Notes under the pieces: generated by a model | Seen by the model: the letters and a program-made list of their open reading frames with translations, nothing else | What the model was told of the DNA's origin: nothing | Database searches by the model: none | Program-made: the position numbers and the translations under genes | Assembly (NCBI RefSeq): GCF_964213995.1 | Contig: NW_027590224.1 | Coordinates: forward strand, 558,001 to 622,000 | Source: Mustelus asterias | Lineage: Eukaryota | Direction: 5' to 3' | Length of the DNA: 64,000 bases | In this document: positions 23,801 to 38,800 of the stretch, piece by piece | Numbering within the stretch: the stretch's first letter is position 1 | Layout: each line of letters begins with the position of its first letter

Positions 23801-26800
23801 TCCCTCAGTACTGACCTTCTGACAGTGCAGCACTCCCTCAGTACTGACTCTCTGACAGTGCGGCACTCCCTCAGTACTGACCTTCTGACAGTGCGGCACT
23901 CCCTCAGTACTGACCCTCTGACAGTGCGGCACTCCCTCAGCACTGACCCTCTGACAGTGTTGCACTCCCTCTGGACTGACCCTCTGACAGTGCGGGACTC
24001 CCTCAGTACTGACCCTCTGACAGTGCGGCACTCCCTCAGCACTGACCCTCTGACAGTGTGGCACTCCCTCTGGACTGACCCTCTGACAGTGCGGCACTCC
24101 CTCAGCACTGACCCTCTGACAGTGTGGCACTCCCTCTGGACTGACCCTCTGACAGTGTGGCACTCCCTCAGTACTGACCCTCTGACAGTGCGGCACTCCC
24201 TCAGGTCTGACCCTCTGACAGTGCGGCACTCCCTCAGTACTGACCCTCTGACAGTGCGGCACTCACTCTGTACTGAGCCTCTGACAGTGCGGCACTCCCT
24301 CAGTACTGACCCTCGGACTGTGCGGCACTCCCTCAGCACTGACCCTCTGACAGTGCGGCACTCCCTCAATGCTGACCCTCTGACAGTGCAGCACTCCCTC
24401 AGCACTGACCCTCTGACAGTGCGGCACTCCCTCATCCTGGCCCTCTGACAGTGCAGCACCCCCCCTGACAGTGCGGTGCTCCCTCAGTACTGACCCTCTG
24501 ACAGTGCGGCACTCCCTCAGTACTGACCCTCTGACAGTACGGCACTCACTCAGTACTGACCCTCTGACAGTGCGGCACTCACTCAGGACTGACTCTCTGA
24601 CAGTGCGGCACTCCCTCAGTACTGACCCTGTGACAGTGCGGCACTCCCTCAGTACTGACCCTGTGACAGTGCGGCACTCCCTCAGTACTGACCCTCTGAC
24701 AGCGCGGCACTCCCTCAGTCCTGACCCTCTCACAATGCAGCACTCCCTCAGCTCTGACCCTCTGACAGTGCGGCACTCCCTGAGTACTGACCCTCCCACA
24801 GTGCATCATTCCCTCAGTACTGACCCTCTGACGGTGCAGCACTCCCTCTGGACTGACCCTCTGACAGTGCGGCACTCCCTCAGTACTGACCCTCTGACAG
24901 TGTGGCACTCCCTCAGTACTGACCCTCTGACAGTGCAGCACTCCCTCAGGACTGACTCTCTGACAGTGCGGCACTCCCTCTGTACTGACCTTCTGACAGT
25001 GCAGCACTCCCTCAGTACTGACCCTCTGACAGTGCGGCATTCCCTCAGTACTGACTCTCTGACAGTGCGGCACTCCCTCAGTACTGACCTTCTGACAGTG
25101 CGGCACTCCCTCAGTACTGACCCTCTGACAGTGCGGCACTCCCTCAGCACTGACCCTCTGACAGTGTTGCACTCCCTCTGGACTGACCCTCTGACAGTGC
25201 GGGACTCCCTCAGTACTGACCCTCTGACAGTGCGGCACTCCCTCAGCACTGACCCTCTGACAGTGTGGCACTCCCTCTGGACTGACCCTCTGACAGTGCG
25301 GCACTCCCTCAGCACTGACCCTCTGACAGTGTGGCACTCCCTCTGGACTGACCCTCTGACAGTGTGGCACTCCCTCAGTACTGACCCTCTGACAGTGCGG
25401 CACTCCCTCAGCTCTGACCCTCTGACAGTGCGGCACTCCCTCAGTACTGACCCTCTGACAGTGCGGCACTCACTCTGTACTGAGCCTCTGACAGTGCGGC
25501 ACTCCCTCAGTACTGACCCTCGGACTGTGCGGCACTCCCTCAGCACTGACCCTCTGACAGTGCGGCACTCCCTCAGTACTGACCCTCTGACAGTGTGGCA
25601 CTCCCTCAGTACTGACCCTCTGACAGTGCGGCACTCCCTCAGTACTGACCCTCTGACAGTGCGGCACTCCCTCAGCTCTGACCCTCTGACTGTGTGGCAC
25701 TCCCTCAGTACTGACCCTCGGACTGTGCGGCATTCCCTCAGTACTGGCCCTCTGACTGTGTGGCACTCCCTCAGCACTGACCCTCGGACTGTGCGGCACT
25801 CCCTCAGTACTGACCCTCTGACAGTGTGGCACTCCCTCTGTACTGAGCCTCTGACAGTGCGGCACTCCCTCAGTACTGACCCTCTGACAGCGCGGCACTC
25901 CCTCAGTCCTGACCCTCTCACAATGCAGCACTCCCTCAGCTCTGACCCTCTGACAGTGCGGCACTCCCTGAGTACTGACCCTCCCACAGTGCATCATTCC
26001 CTCAGTACTGACCCTCTGACGGTGCAGCACTCCCTCTGGACTGACCCTCTGACAGTGCGGCACTCCCTCAGTACTGACCCTCTGACAGTGTGGCACTCCC
26101 TCAGTACTGACCCTCTGACAGTGCAGCACTCCCTCAGTACTGACCCTCTGACAGTGCGGCACTCCCTCTGGACTGACCCTCTGACAGTGTGGCACTCCCT
26201 CTGGACTGACCCTCTGACAGTGCGGCACTCCCTCAGCACTGACCCTCTGACAGTGTGGCACTCCCTCTGGACTGACCCTCTGACAGTGTGGCACTCCCTC
26301 AGTACTGACCCTCTGACAGTGCGGCACTCCCTCAGGTCTGACCCTCTGACAGTGCGGCACTCCCTCAGTACTGACCCTCTGACAGTGCGGCACTCCCTCT
26401 GTACTGAGCCTCTGACAGTGCGGCACTCCCTCAGTACTGACCCTCGGACTGCGCGGCACTCCCTCAGTACTGACCCTCGGACTGTGCGGCACTCCCTCAG
26501 TACTGACCCTCTGACAGTGCGGCGCTCCCTCAGTACTGACCCTCTGACAGTGCGGCACTCCCTCAGTACTGACCCTCTGACAGTGCGGCACTCCCTCAGT
26601 TTTGACCCTCTGACAGTGCAGCGCTCACTGAGCATTGACCCTCCCACAGTGCGGCACTCCCTCAGCACTGACCCTCGGACTGTGCGACACTCCCTCAGTA
26701 CTGACCGTCTGACAGTGCGGCACTCACTCTGTACTGAGCCTCTGACAGTGCGGCACTCCCTCAGTCCTGACCCTCCCACTGTGCGGCACCCCCTCAGTGC

Positions 26801-29800
26801 TGACCCTCTGACAGTGCGGCACTCCCTCACTACTGACCCTCTGACAGTCTGGCACTCCCTCTGTACTGACCCTCTGACAGTGCGGCACTCCCTCTGTACT
26901 GAGCCTCTGACAGTGCGGTGCTCCCTCAGTACAGACTCTCTGACAGTGCGGCACTCTCTCAGCACAGACCCTCTCACAGTGCAGCTCAACCTGAGTACTG
27001 ACCCTCTGACAGTGTGGCACTTCCTCTGTACTGATCCTCTGACAGTGCGGCACTCACTCAGGACTGACTCTCTGACAGTGCAGCACTCTCTCAGTACTGA
27101 CCCTCAGACAGTGCGGCACTCACTCAGGACTGACTCTCTGACAGTGCAGCACTCCCTCAGTACTGACCCTCTGACAGTGCAGCACACCCTCTGGCAGTGC
27201 GGTGCTCCCTCAGGACAGACCCTCTAACAGTGCGGCACTCCCTCAGTACTGACCCTCTGACAGTGTGGCACTCCCTCAGTACTGACCCTCTGACAGTGCA
27301 GCACTCCCTCAGTACTGACTCTCTGACAGTGCGGCACTCCCTCAGTACTGACCTTCGGACAGTGCGGCACTCCCTCAGTACTGACCCTCGGACTGTGCGG
27401 CACTCCCTCAGCACTGACCCTCTGACAGTGCGGCACTCCCTCAGTACTGACCCTCTGACAGTGCGGCACTCCCTCAGCTCTGACCCTCGGACTGTGCGGC
27501 ACTCCCTCAGTACTGACCCTCGGACTGTGCGGCACTCCCTCAGTACTGACCCTCTGACAGTGTGGCACTCCCTCTGTACTGAGCCTCTGAAAGTGCGGCA
27601 CTCCCTCAGCATTGACCCTCTGACAGTGCGGTGCTCCCTCAGTACTGACCCTCGGACTGTGCGGCACTCCCTCGGCACTGACCCTCTGACAGTGCGGCAC
27701 TCCCTCAGTACTGACCCTCGGACTGTGCGGCACTCCCTCAGCACTGACCCTCTGACAGTGCGGTGCTCCCTCAGTACTGACCCTCGGACTGTGCAGCACT
27801 CCCTCAGCACTGACCCTCTGACAGTGCGGCACTCCCTCAGTACTGACCCTCTGACAGTGTGGCACTCTCTCAGTACTGATCCTCTGACAGTGCGGCACTC
27901 CCTCAGCTCTGACCCTCTAACTGTGCGGCACTCCCTCAGTACTGACCCTCGGACTGTGCGGCACTCCCTCAGTACTGACCCTCGGACTGTGCGGCACTCC
28001 CTCAGTACTGACCCTCTGGCAGTGCGGCACTCCCTCAGTACTGACCCTCTGACAGTGCTGCACTCCCTCAGTACTGACCCTCTGACAGTGCGGCACTCCC
28101 TCAGTGCTGACCCTCTGACAGTGCAGCGCTCACTCAGCACTGACCCTCCCACAGTGCAGCACTCACTCAGCACTGACACTGCCACAGTGCGGCACCCCCT
28201 CAGTCCTGACCCTCTGACAGTGCAGCACTCCCTCTGACAGTGCGGTGCTCCCCAAGTACAGACCCTCTAACAGTGCGGCACTCACTCTGAACTGACTCTC
28301 TGACAGTGCGGCACTTCCTCTGTACTGACCCTCTGACTGTGCGACACTCCCTCAGTCCTGACCCTCCCACTGTGCGGCACCCCCTCAGTGCTCACCCTCT
28401 GACAGTGCGGCACTCCCTCAGTACTGACCCTCTGACAGTCTGGCACTCCCTCTGTACTGACCCTCTGACAGTGCAGCACTCCCTCAGTACTGACCCTCTG
28501 ACAGTGCAGCATTTCCTCAGTACTGACCCTCTGACAGTCTGGCACTCTCTCAGCACTGACCCTCTCACAGTGCAGCTCACCCTGAGTACTGACCCTCTGA
28601 CAGTGTGGCACTTCCTCTGGACTGACCCTCTGACAGTGCGGCACTCTCTCTGTACTGATCCTCTGACAGTGCGGCACTGCCTCAGTACTGACCCTCTGAC
28701 AGTGCGGCACTCCCTCAGCACTGACCCTCTGACAGTGCGGCACTCCCTCAGTACTGACCCTCTGACAGTGCGGCACTCTCTCTGTACTGACCCTCTGGCA
28801 CTGCAGCACTCCCTCAGTGCTGACCCTCTGTCAATGTAGCAATTCCTCAATACTGACCCTCTGACAGTGTAGCACTCCCTCAATATCAACCGTCTAGCAG
28901 TGCGGCACTCCCTCAGTACTGACCCTCTGACAGTGCGGCACTCCCTCAGTACTGAACCTCTGACAGTGCAGCACTCCCTTAGCACTGACCCTCTGACAGT
29001 GGGGCACTCCCTCTGTACTGACCCTCTCAAAATACGGCATTCCCTCAGTACTGACCCTCTGACAGTGCAGCACTCCCTCAGTACTGACCCTCTGACAATG
29101 CACCTCTCCCTCAGTACTGACCCTCTGACAGTGCGGCATTTCCTCAGCTGTGACCCTCTGACAATGCATCTCTCCCTCAGTCCTGGCCCTCTGACAGTGC
29201 AGCACCCCCCTGACAGTGCGGTGCTCCCTCAGGACAGACCCTCTGACAGTGCGGCTCTCCCTCAGTACTGACCCAATGACAGTATGGCACTCACTCAGTA
29301 CTGACCCTCTGACAGTGCGGCACTCACTCAGGACTAACTCTCTGACAGTGCAGCACTCCCTCAGTACTGACCCTCTGGCGCTGCAGTTCTCTCTCAGTAC
29401 TGACCCTCTGACAGTGCGGCACTCCCTCAGTACTGACCCTCTGACAGTGCAGCACTCCCTCAGTACTGATCCTCTGACAGTGCGGCACTCCCTCAGTACT
29501 GACCCTCTCACAATGCAGCACTCCTTCAGCTCTGACCCTCTGACAGTGCGGCACTCCCTCAGTACTGACCCTCTGACAGTGCAGCACACCCTCTGGCAGT
29601 GCGGTGCTCCCTCAGTACAGACCCTCTAACAGTGCGGCACTCCCTCAGCACTGACCCTCTAACAGTGCGGCACTCCCTCAGTACTGACCCTTTGACAGTG
29701 CATCACTCCCTCAGTACTGACCCTCTGACAGTGCAGCACACCCTCTGGCAGTGCGGTGCTCCCTCAGAACAGACCGTCTAACAGTGCGGCACTCCCTCAG

Positions 29801-32800
29801 CACTGACTCTCTGACAGTGCGGCACTCCCTCAGCACTGACCCTCTGACAGTGCGGCGCTCCCTCAGTACTGACCCTCTGGCAGTACGGAACTCCCTCAGT
29901 ACTGACCCTCTGACAGTGCAGCACTCCCTCAGTACTGACCCTCTGACAGTGCAGCACTCCCTCAGTACTGACCCTCTGACAGTGCGGTGCTCCCTCTGAC
30001 ACTGAGCCACTCCCTCAGCACTGACCCTCTGACAGTGCGGCACTCTCTCAGCACTGACCCTCTGACAGTGCGGCACTCCCTCAGTACTGACCCTCTGACA
30101 GTGTGGCACTCCCTCAGTACTGACCCTCTGACAGTGCGGCACTCTCTCAGTACTGACCCTCTGACAGTGCGGCACTCCCTCAGTTCTGACCCTCTGACAG
30201 TGCGGCACTCCCTCAGTACTGATCCTCTGACAGTGCGGCACTCCCTCAGTACTGACCCTCTCACAATGCAGCACTCCTTCAGCTCTGACCCTCTGACAGT
30301 GCGGCACTCCCTGAGTACTGACCCTCCCACAGTGCGGCACCCCCTCAGTCCTGACCCTCTGACAGTGCAGCACACCCTCTGGCAGTGCGGTGCTCCCTCA
30401 GTACAGACCCTCTAACAGTGCGGCACTCCCTCAGTACTGACCCTTTGACAGTGCAGCACTCCCTCTGACAGTGCGGTGCTCCCTGAGTACAGACTCTCTG
30501 ACAGTGCGGCACTCTCTCAGCACAGACCCTCTCACAGTGCAGCTCAACCTGAGTACTGACCCTCTGACAGTGTGGCACTTCCTCTGGACTGACCCTCTGA
30601 CAGTGCGGCACTCTCTCTGTACTGATCCTCTGACAGTACGGCACTCACTCAGTACTGACCCTCTGACAGTGCGGCACTCCCTCAGTAATGACCCTCTGAC
30701 AGTGCGGCACTCCCTCAGTACTGACCCTCTGACATTGCGGCACTCCCTCAGTACTGACCCTCTGACAGTGCGGCACTCACTCAGGACTGATTCTCTGACA
30801 GTGCAGCACTCCCTCAGTACTGACCCTCTGACAGTGCAGTTCTCTCTCAGTACTGACCCTCTGACAGTGCGGCATTCCCTCAGTACTGATCCTCTGACAG
30901 TACGGCACTCACTCAGTACTGACCCTCTGACAGTGCGGCACTCACTCAGGACTGACCCTCTGACAGTGCAGTTCTCTCTCAGTACTGACCCTCTGACAGT
31001 GCGGCACCCCCTCAGTCCTGACCCTCTGACAGTGCAGCACACCCTCTGGCAGTGCGGTGCCCCCTCAGTACAGACCCTCTAACAGTGCGGCACTCCCTCA
31101 GTACTGACCCTTTGACAGTGCGGCACTCCCTCAGTACTGACCCTCTGACAGTGTGGCACTCCCTCAGTACTGACCCTCTGACAGTGCAGCACTCCCTCAG
31201 TACTGACTCTCTGACAGTGCGGCACTCCCTCAGTACTGACCTTCTGACAGTGCGGCACTCCCTCAGTACTGACCCTCGGACTGGGCGGCACTCCCTCAGC
31301 ACTGACCCTCTGACAGTGCGGCACTCCCTCAGTACTGACCCTCTGACAGTGCGGCACTCCCTCAGCTCTGACCCTCGGACTGTGCGGCACTCCCTCAGTA
31401 CTGACCCTCGGACTGTGCGGCACTCCCTCAGTACTGACCCTCTGACAATGTGGCACTCCCTCTGTACTGAGCCTCTGACAGTGCGGCACTCCCTCAGCAC
31501 TGACCCTCTGACAGTGCGGTGCTCCCTCAGTACTGACCCTCGGACTGTGCGGCACTCCCTCGGCACTGACCCTCTGACAGTGCGGCACTCCCTCAGTACT
31601 GACCCTCGGACTGTGCGGCACTCCCTCAGTACTGACCCTCTGACAGTGCGGCACTCCCTCAGCTCTGACCCTCTAACTGTGCGGCACTCCCTCAGTACTG
31701 ACCCTCGGACTGTGCGGCACTCCCTCAGTACGGACCCTCGGACTGTGCAGTACTACCTCAGTACTGACCCTCTGACAGTGCAGCACTCCCTCAGTACTGA
31801 CCCTCTGACAGTGCGGCACTCCCTCAGTACTGACCCTCTGACAGTGCGGCACTCCCTCAGTACTGACCCTCTGACAGTGCGGCACTCCCTCAGTACTGAC
31901 CCTCTGACAGTGCGGCACTCCCTCAGTACTGACCCTCTGACAGTGCAGCGCTCACTCAGCACTGACCCTCCCACAGTGCGGCACCCCCTCAGTCCTGACC
32001 CTCTGACAGTGCGGTGCTCCCTCAGTACAGACCCTCTAACAGTGCGGCACTCACTCTGTACTGACTCTCTGACAGTGCGGCACTTCCTCTGTACTGACCC
32101 TCTGACTGTGCGGCACTCCCTCAGTCCTGACCCTCCCACTGTGCGGCACCCCCTCAGTGCTGACCCTCTGACAGTGCGGCACTCCCTCAGTACTGACCCT
32201 CTGACAGTCTGGCACTCCCTCTGTACTGACCCTCTGACAGTGCAGCACTCCCTCAGTACTGACCCTCTGACAGTGCAGCACTCCCTCAGTACTGACCCTC
32301 TGACAGTGCAGCATTCCCTCAGTACTGACCCTCTGACAGTGCAGCATTCCCTCAGTACTGACCCTCTGACAGTCTGGCACTCTCTCAGCACTGACCCTCT
32401 CACAGTGCAGCTCACCCTGAGTACTGACCCTCTGACAGTGTGGCACTTCCTCTGGACTGACCCTCTGACAGTGCGGCACTCTCTCTGTACTGATCCTCTG
32501 ACAGTGCGGCACTCCCTCAGCACTGACCCTCTGACAGTGCGGCACTGCCTCAGTACTGACCCTCTGACAGTGCAGCACTCCCTCAGCACTGACCCTCTGA
32601 CAGTGCGGCACTCCCTCAGTACTGATCCTCTGACAGTGCGGCACTCCCTCAGCACTGACCCTCTGACAGTGCGGCACTCCCTCAGCACTGACCCTCTGAC
32701 AGTGCGGCACTCTCTCTGTACTGACCCTCTGGCAGTGCAGCACTCCCTCAGTGCTGACCCTCTGTCAATGTAGCAATTCCTCAATACTGACCCTCTGACA

Positions 32801-35800
32801 GTGTAGCACTCCCTCAATATCAACCGTCTAGCAGTGCGGCACTCCCTCAGCACTGACCCTCTGACAGTGCGGCACTCCCTCAGCACTGACCCTCTGACAG
32901 TGCGGCACTCCCTCAGTACTGACCCTCTGACAGTGCAGCACTCCCTCAGTACTGACCCTCTGACAGTGGGGCACTCTCTCAGTTCTGACCCTCTGACAGT
33001 GCAGCACTCCCTCAGTACTGACCCTCTGACAGTGCGGCACTCCCTTAGTACTGACCCTCTGACAGTGCAGCACTCCCTCAGTACTGAACCTCTGACAGTG
33101 CAGCACTCCCTCAGCACTGACCCTCTGACAGTGGGGCACTCCCTCTGTACTGACCCTCTCAAAATACGGCATTCCCTCAGTACTGACCCTCTGACAGTGC
33201 AGCACTCCCTCAGTACTGACCCTCTGACAATGCGGCACTCCCTCAGTACTGACCCTCTGACAGTGCGGCTTTTCCTCAGCTCTGACCCTCTGACAATGCA
33301 TCTCTCCCTCAGTCCTGGCCCTCTGACAGTGCAGCACCCCCCTGACAGTGCGGTGCTCCCTCAGGACAGACCCTCTGACAGTGCGGCTCTCCCTCAGTAC
33401 TGACCCTCTGACAGTATGGCACTCACTCAGTACTGACCCTCTGACAGTGCGGCACTCACTCAGGACTGACTCTCTGATAGTGCAGCACTCCCTCAGTACT
33501 GACCCTCTGGCGCTGCAGTTCTCTCTCAGTACTGACCCTCTGACAGTGCGGCACTCCCTCAGTACTGACCCTCTGACAGTGCGGCACTCCCTCAGTACTG
33601 ACCCTCTGACAGTGCGGCACTCCCTCAGTCCTGACCCTCTCACAATGCAGCACTCCTTCAGCTCTGACCCTCTGACAGTGCGGCACTCCCTCAGTACTGA
33701 CCCTCTGACAGTGCAGCACACCCTCTGGCAGTGCGGTGCTCCCTCAGTACAGACCCTCTGACAGTGCAGCACTCCCTCAGTACTGACCCTTTGACAGTGC
33801 ATCACTCCCTCAGTACTGACCCTCTGGCAGTCCGGCACTCCCTCAGTACTGACCCTCTGACAGTGCGGCACTCCCTCAGTACTGACCCTCTGACAGTGCA
33901 GCACTCCCTCTGACAGTGCAGCACTCCCTCTGACAGTGCGGTGCTCCCTCTGACACTGAGCCACTCCCTCAGCACTGACCCTCTGACAGTGCGGCACTCT
34001 CTCAGCACTGACCCTCTGACAGTGCGGCACTCCCTCAGTACTGACCCTCTGACAGTGTGGCACTCCCTCAGTACTGACCCTCTGACAGTGCGGCACTCTC
34101 TCAGTACTGACCCTCTGACAGTGCGGCACTCCCTCAGTACTGACCCTCTGACAGTGCGGCACTCCCTCAGTACTGATCCTCTGACAGTGCGGCACTCCCT
34201 CAGTCCTGACCCTCTCACAATGCAGCACTCCTTCAGCTCTGACCCTCTGACAGTGCGGCACTCCCTCAGTACAGACCCTCTAACAGTGCGGCACTCCCTC
34301 AGTACTGACCCTTTGACAGTGCATCATTCCCTCAGTACTGACCCTCTGGCAGTCCGGCACTCCCTCAGTACTGACCCTCTGACAGTGCGGCACTCCCTCA
34401 GTACTGACCCTCTGACAGTGCAGCACTCCCTCTGACAGTGCAGCACTCCCTCTGACAGTGCGGTGCTCCCTCTGACACTGAGCCACTCCCTCAGCACTGA
34501 CCCTCTGACAGTGCGGCACTCTCTCAGCACTGACCCTCTGACAGTGCGGCACTCTCTCAGTACTGACCCTCTGACAGTGCGGCACTCCCTCAGTACTGAC
34601 CCTCTGACAGTGCGGCACTCCCTCAGTACTGATCCTCTGACAGTGCGGCACTCCCTCAGTACTGACCCTCTCACAATGCAGCACTCCTTCAGCTCTGACC
34701 CTCTGACAGTGCGGCACTCCCTGAGTACTGACCCTCCCACAGTGCGGCACCCCCTCAGTCCTGACCCTCTGACAGTGCAGCACACCCTCTGGCAGTGCGG
34801 TGCTCCCTCAGTACAGACCCTCTAACAGTGCGGCACTCCCTCAGTACTGACCCTTTGTCAGTGCATCACTCCCTCAGTACTGACTCTCTGACAGTGCGGC
34901 ACTCCCTCAGTACTGACCCTCTGACAGTGCAGCACTCCCTCAGCACTGACCCTCTGACAGTGCATCACTCCCTCAGTACTGACTCTCTGACAGTGCGACA
35001 CTCCCTCAGTACTGACCCTCTGACAGTGCGGCACTCCCTCAGTACTGACTCTCTGACAGTGCGGCACTCCCTCAGTACTGATCCTCTGACAGTGCGGCAC
35101 TCCCTCAGTACTGACCCTCTCACAATGCAGCACTCCTTCAGCTCTGACCCTCTGACAGTGCGGCACTCCCTCAGTACTGACCCTCTGACAGTGCGGCACT
35201 CCCTCAGCACTGACCCTCTGACAGTGCGGCACTCCCTCAGCACTGACCCTCTGACAGTGTGGCACTCCCTCAGTACTGACCCTCTGACAGTGCGGCACTC
35301 TCTCAGTACTGACCCTCTGACAGTGCAGCACTCCCTCAGTCCTGACCCTCTGACAGTGCGGCAGTTCCTCAGTACTGACCCTCTAACAATGCGGCACTCC
35401 CTCAGTACTGACCCTCTGACAGTGCGGCACTCCCTCAGCACTCACCCTCTGACATTAAACTCTCAGTCTCAGGGTTTATAGATCTTTAACAGCCCTTCAG
35501 TATGACTGGGCTTAAAAGCCTTACACAGTGACCTTTCCCCATCGTGCCCTGGCAGCAGCTGCTCCAAGCTTGAGTGTGTCCCTCAGCACATAATCCTGGG
35601 CAGGAGGACAATTCTTTGCACTGGAAGTTTTGGGCAGTCCAATCATCAATCTGAGCAGGAAGTGAATCAGTTGTAAAGGGGGTAACTGTGTTTTCTTGTT
35701 GCAGGGACACACCTTCCACAAACTCCTGCTGCTGCTGCTGCTGCTCAGTGTTGTTGCTGCTGTTTCAGGTAAGAGCTGTGACTGCTGGAACATTTCAGCT

Positions 35801-38800
35801 CTGATCAAAGGGTGGGGGGATCAGGAATACATCTTGCTTTAAGCTGCTGTGTGAACTGTAAGTGGAGCCAATGAGGGATTGGGCCCCGTAGCTTCACACC
35901 ACACACAATGATCATCAGAGCTGAAAGGAAGGCAGCTAATGTCTTCACATTAACCCCTGTGAGGTGAACAGTGGGATCTGGACACCGAGCAACACTCAGT
36001 GACACTGGGATGGGTGCCTGGGTGACATTGGAATGATGACTGGGTGACACTGGAATGGGTGACAGGGATCAAGTGGAACTGGGATGAGATCCTGAGCTCT
36101 GGGATCAGGAGTCTGGGACCGCACTGGGATCAAATAGAGCTGGGAATTATCTAGGAGCGTGGGGAGTCGGGTCATCAGGTTGGTGAATCCATTTGGTTTT
36201 CGGGTCAGTTTTCAGCTCCTGAGTTCCACCTCACATTGTCCACCCCCCAGTCTGTGATTTTTCTCCCAAGGGGAGGTGACCAATATCCTGATGTGTTCTC
36301 CCAGCATGTGGACAAATGGAAAACATGTGATTGAAAGTGCTGTCCAGCTGCTCTGTGCTTCCAAATATCCAGCACAAGCTGGGTTTAGTTGAAGGCCCTC
36401 AATGCCTGAGCTTTAACCTTCCCACACAAATGAAAGCAGTGAGGTATTGATCAGTGCTTCTTGTAAATCAAGCATGGCAGTGTAACCATGTGAAGCTTGG
36501 GATGTAATGTACCAGCAGGGAGGTTATATCTGTGGATAAATACTTTCAATCTTTTCCAGGTGACTCGCCTGTCCCAGTTTCTGGGTTCCTTGCGGAGCAG
36601 GTTGTGCTGCCTTGTACCTACAACGGGAATGTCCCAGTCTCAGATTTACAGGTAATCTGGGGGACACCCAAACATAAATTTTTGCACAAGTTTGTCAATG
36701 GAAACGATGATTTGAGGGAACAAGACCCACGGTTCAGAAACAGAACAAAGCTGTTCAGAGATCAACTGGAACAAGGAAACTGGTCAGTTCTGCTCTCGGA
36801 CCTCAGGGAGTCAGACCAGAGCGAGTACGAGTGTCAGATTTACAAGAGGACGAGTGCAGGATATTATTGGGAGCAATTTGATCTCGTCTATCTCTCTGTA
36901 ACAGGTGAGAGGTTTCTGTTTCAGAAATTCTGTATTTAATCCCTGATTTTATGGGTTCAGTCATGCAGTGGTTATGTTATGAAACAAATAATCCCGAGAA
37001 TGTGGGAGAATCCCGAGGGCGGCACGGTAGCACAGTGGTTAGCACTGCTGCTTCACAGCTCCAGGGTCCTGGGTTCGATTCCCGGCTCGGGTCACTGTCT
37101 GTGTGGAGTTTGCACATTCTCCTCGTGTCTGCGTGGGTTTCCTCCGGGTGCTCCGGTTTCCTCCCACAGTCCAAAGATGTGCGGGTTAGGTTGATTGGCT
37201 GTGCTAAAATTGCCCCTTAGTGTCCTGAGATGCATAGGTTAGAGGGATTAGTGAGTACAATATATGGGGGTAGGGCCTGGGTGGGATTGTGGTCGGTGCA
37301 GACTCGATGGGCCGAATGGCCTCTTTCTGTACTGTAGGGTTTCTATTCTATTCTATTCTAATGTGAGTTCAAATCCCACCATGGCACTTTCAGAATTTAA
37401 ATTCAGTTTATGAAATAAAAATCTGGAAATATAAAGTTGGTCCTAATAAAAGTGACCAGGAAACTGTTGGATTATAAAACCCCGACTGGTTCACTAATGT
37501 CCCTTTAGGGAAGGAAACCTGCCATCGTGCAGAGGGATCTGGGTGTTCTAGTGCTTGAATCACAAAAGGCTGATATACAGGTACAACAAGTAATTAGCAA
37601 TACTAATGGACCGTTATTGTTTGCTGTGAGGGGACTTGGATAAAGTAATGAGGTTATGTTTCAATTGTACGGGGCATTGGTGAGACCACATCGAGAGTAT
37701 TGTGTACAGTATTGGTCTCCTTATTTAAGGAAATATGTAACAGTGTTTGAAGCGGTTCAGAGAAGGTTTACCAGACTAATCCCAGGAAGGGGCTGGGTGT
37801 CTTATGAGGAAAGTTTGGAGAGGTTAGGTCTGTATCCACCAGAGTTCAGAAGAGTAAGAGGCGACTTGATGGAAACCTTTAAGATCCTGAGGGGTATCGA
37901 CAGGGTGGATGTGGAGAGGATGTTCCCTCTTGTAGGAGAATCTAGAACCAGGGATCACTGATTAAAAATTAGGGCTCTCACTTAACATGGAGGTGAGGAT
38001 AATTTCTTCTCTCTTGGTAGGTTGTGAGTTTCTGGAACTCTCTGCCTCAAATGGCAGTGGATACAGTGTCTTTGAATATATTTAAGGCAGAGTGAGATAG
38101 ATTCTTGATTAACGAGGGTGAAAGGTTAATAAGGGGATGGGGGGGTGAAAGGTTATCAGGGGTCGGCGGGAATGTGTGGTTGAAGTTAGTCAGGTGAGCC
38201 ATGATCTTATTGAATGGTGGAGCAGGCTCGAGGGGCCGCCTCCTGCTCCCAATTCATATGTTTGTATCGATGTACGTGTGTACCCAGTCTGGTCTATATG
38301 TGACTCCAGTCCCACATTAACCTGGGTGACTTTTAACTGCCCTCTGACTTGCTCAAACACTTCAATCAGTTTGTATCAAACCACTGGACAGAGAAACCAG
38401 AATAAAACTGAAGGGATCACTGGCTGTGACCCAGGTATTGAGTCAGAATGTTGGGGTGCAGGAGGTGGGGTCTGTAACACCTCTCAGGCAGCCTTGACAA
38501 GACCCAGTGCACTTACCTTGTTCCCAGTAGGCCCAGGATCCTGTGGGGATTCTCTCCACGGGGATGTAGGCTGCTGGGAATGATCCTGCTCAGGGGAACT
38601 CTGGAAAACTTCCATTCTACCCATCACAGTTAATGCAATCCTGTTGGACTTTTCACTCTGCCGACCCTGTTCCTGATCCTTCCTGATCAGTTTGAGTCGA
38701 GTCTCGTTGCTCCCTGGATGTTTTTCCCTAAAGCCCGATAGTCTTTGACCATTTCTGTAGTTTGTGTCACACACAATACTAAACATATTATGTTTTCTTT

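Noticed and set aside
17572-35481. Long repetitive ORFs (HSLSTDPLTVR / RECRTVRGSVL / EGVPHCQRVST, up to 918 aa)
   Set aside because: By-product of a 33-bp unit (a multiple of 3) that is open in several frames on both strands; 19-bp variants shift frame freely.
35705-35720. N-terminus MGHT matching human CD80
   Set aside because: Four residues is coincidence-level, and the domain architecture differs (no IgC), so no gene symbol was assigned.
37021-37095. tRNA gene
   Set aside because: It is the tRNA-derived head of a SINE; the same applies to the other SINE copies.
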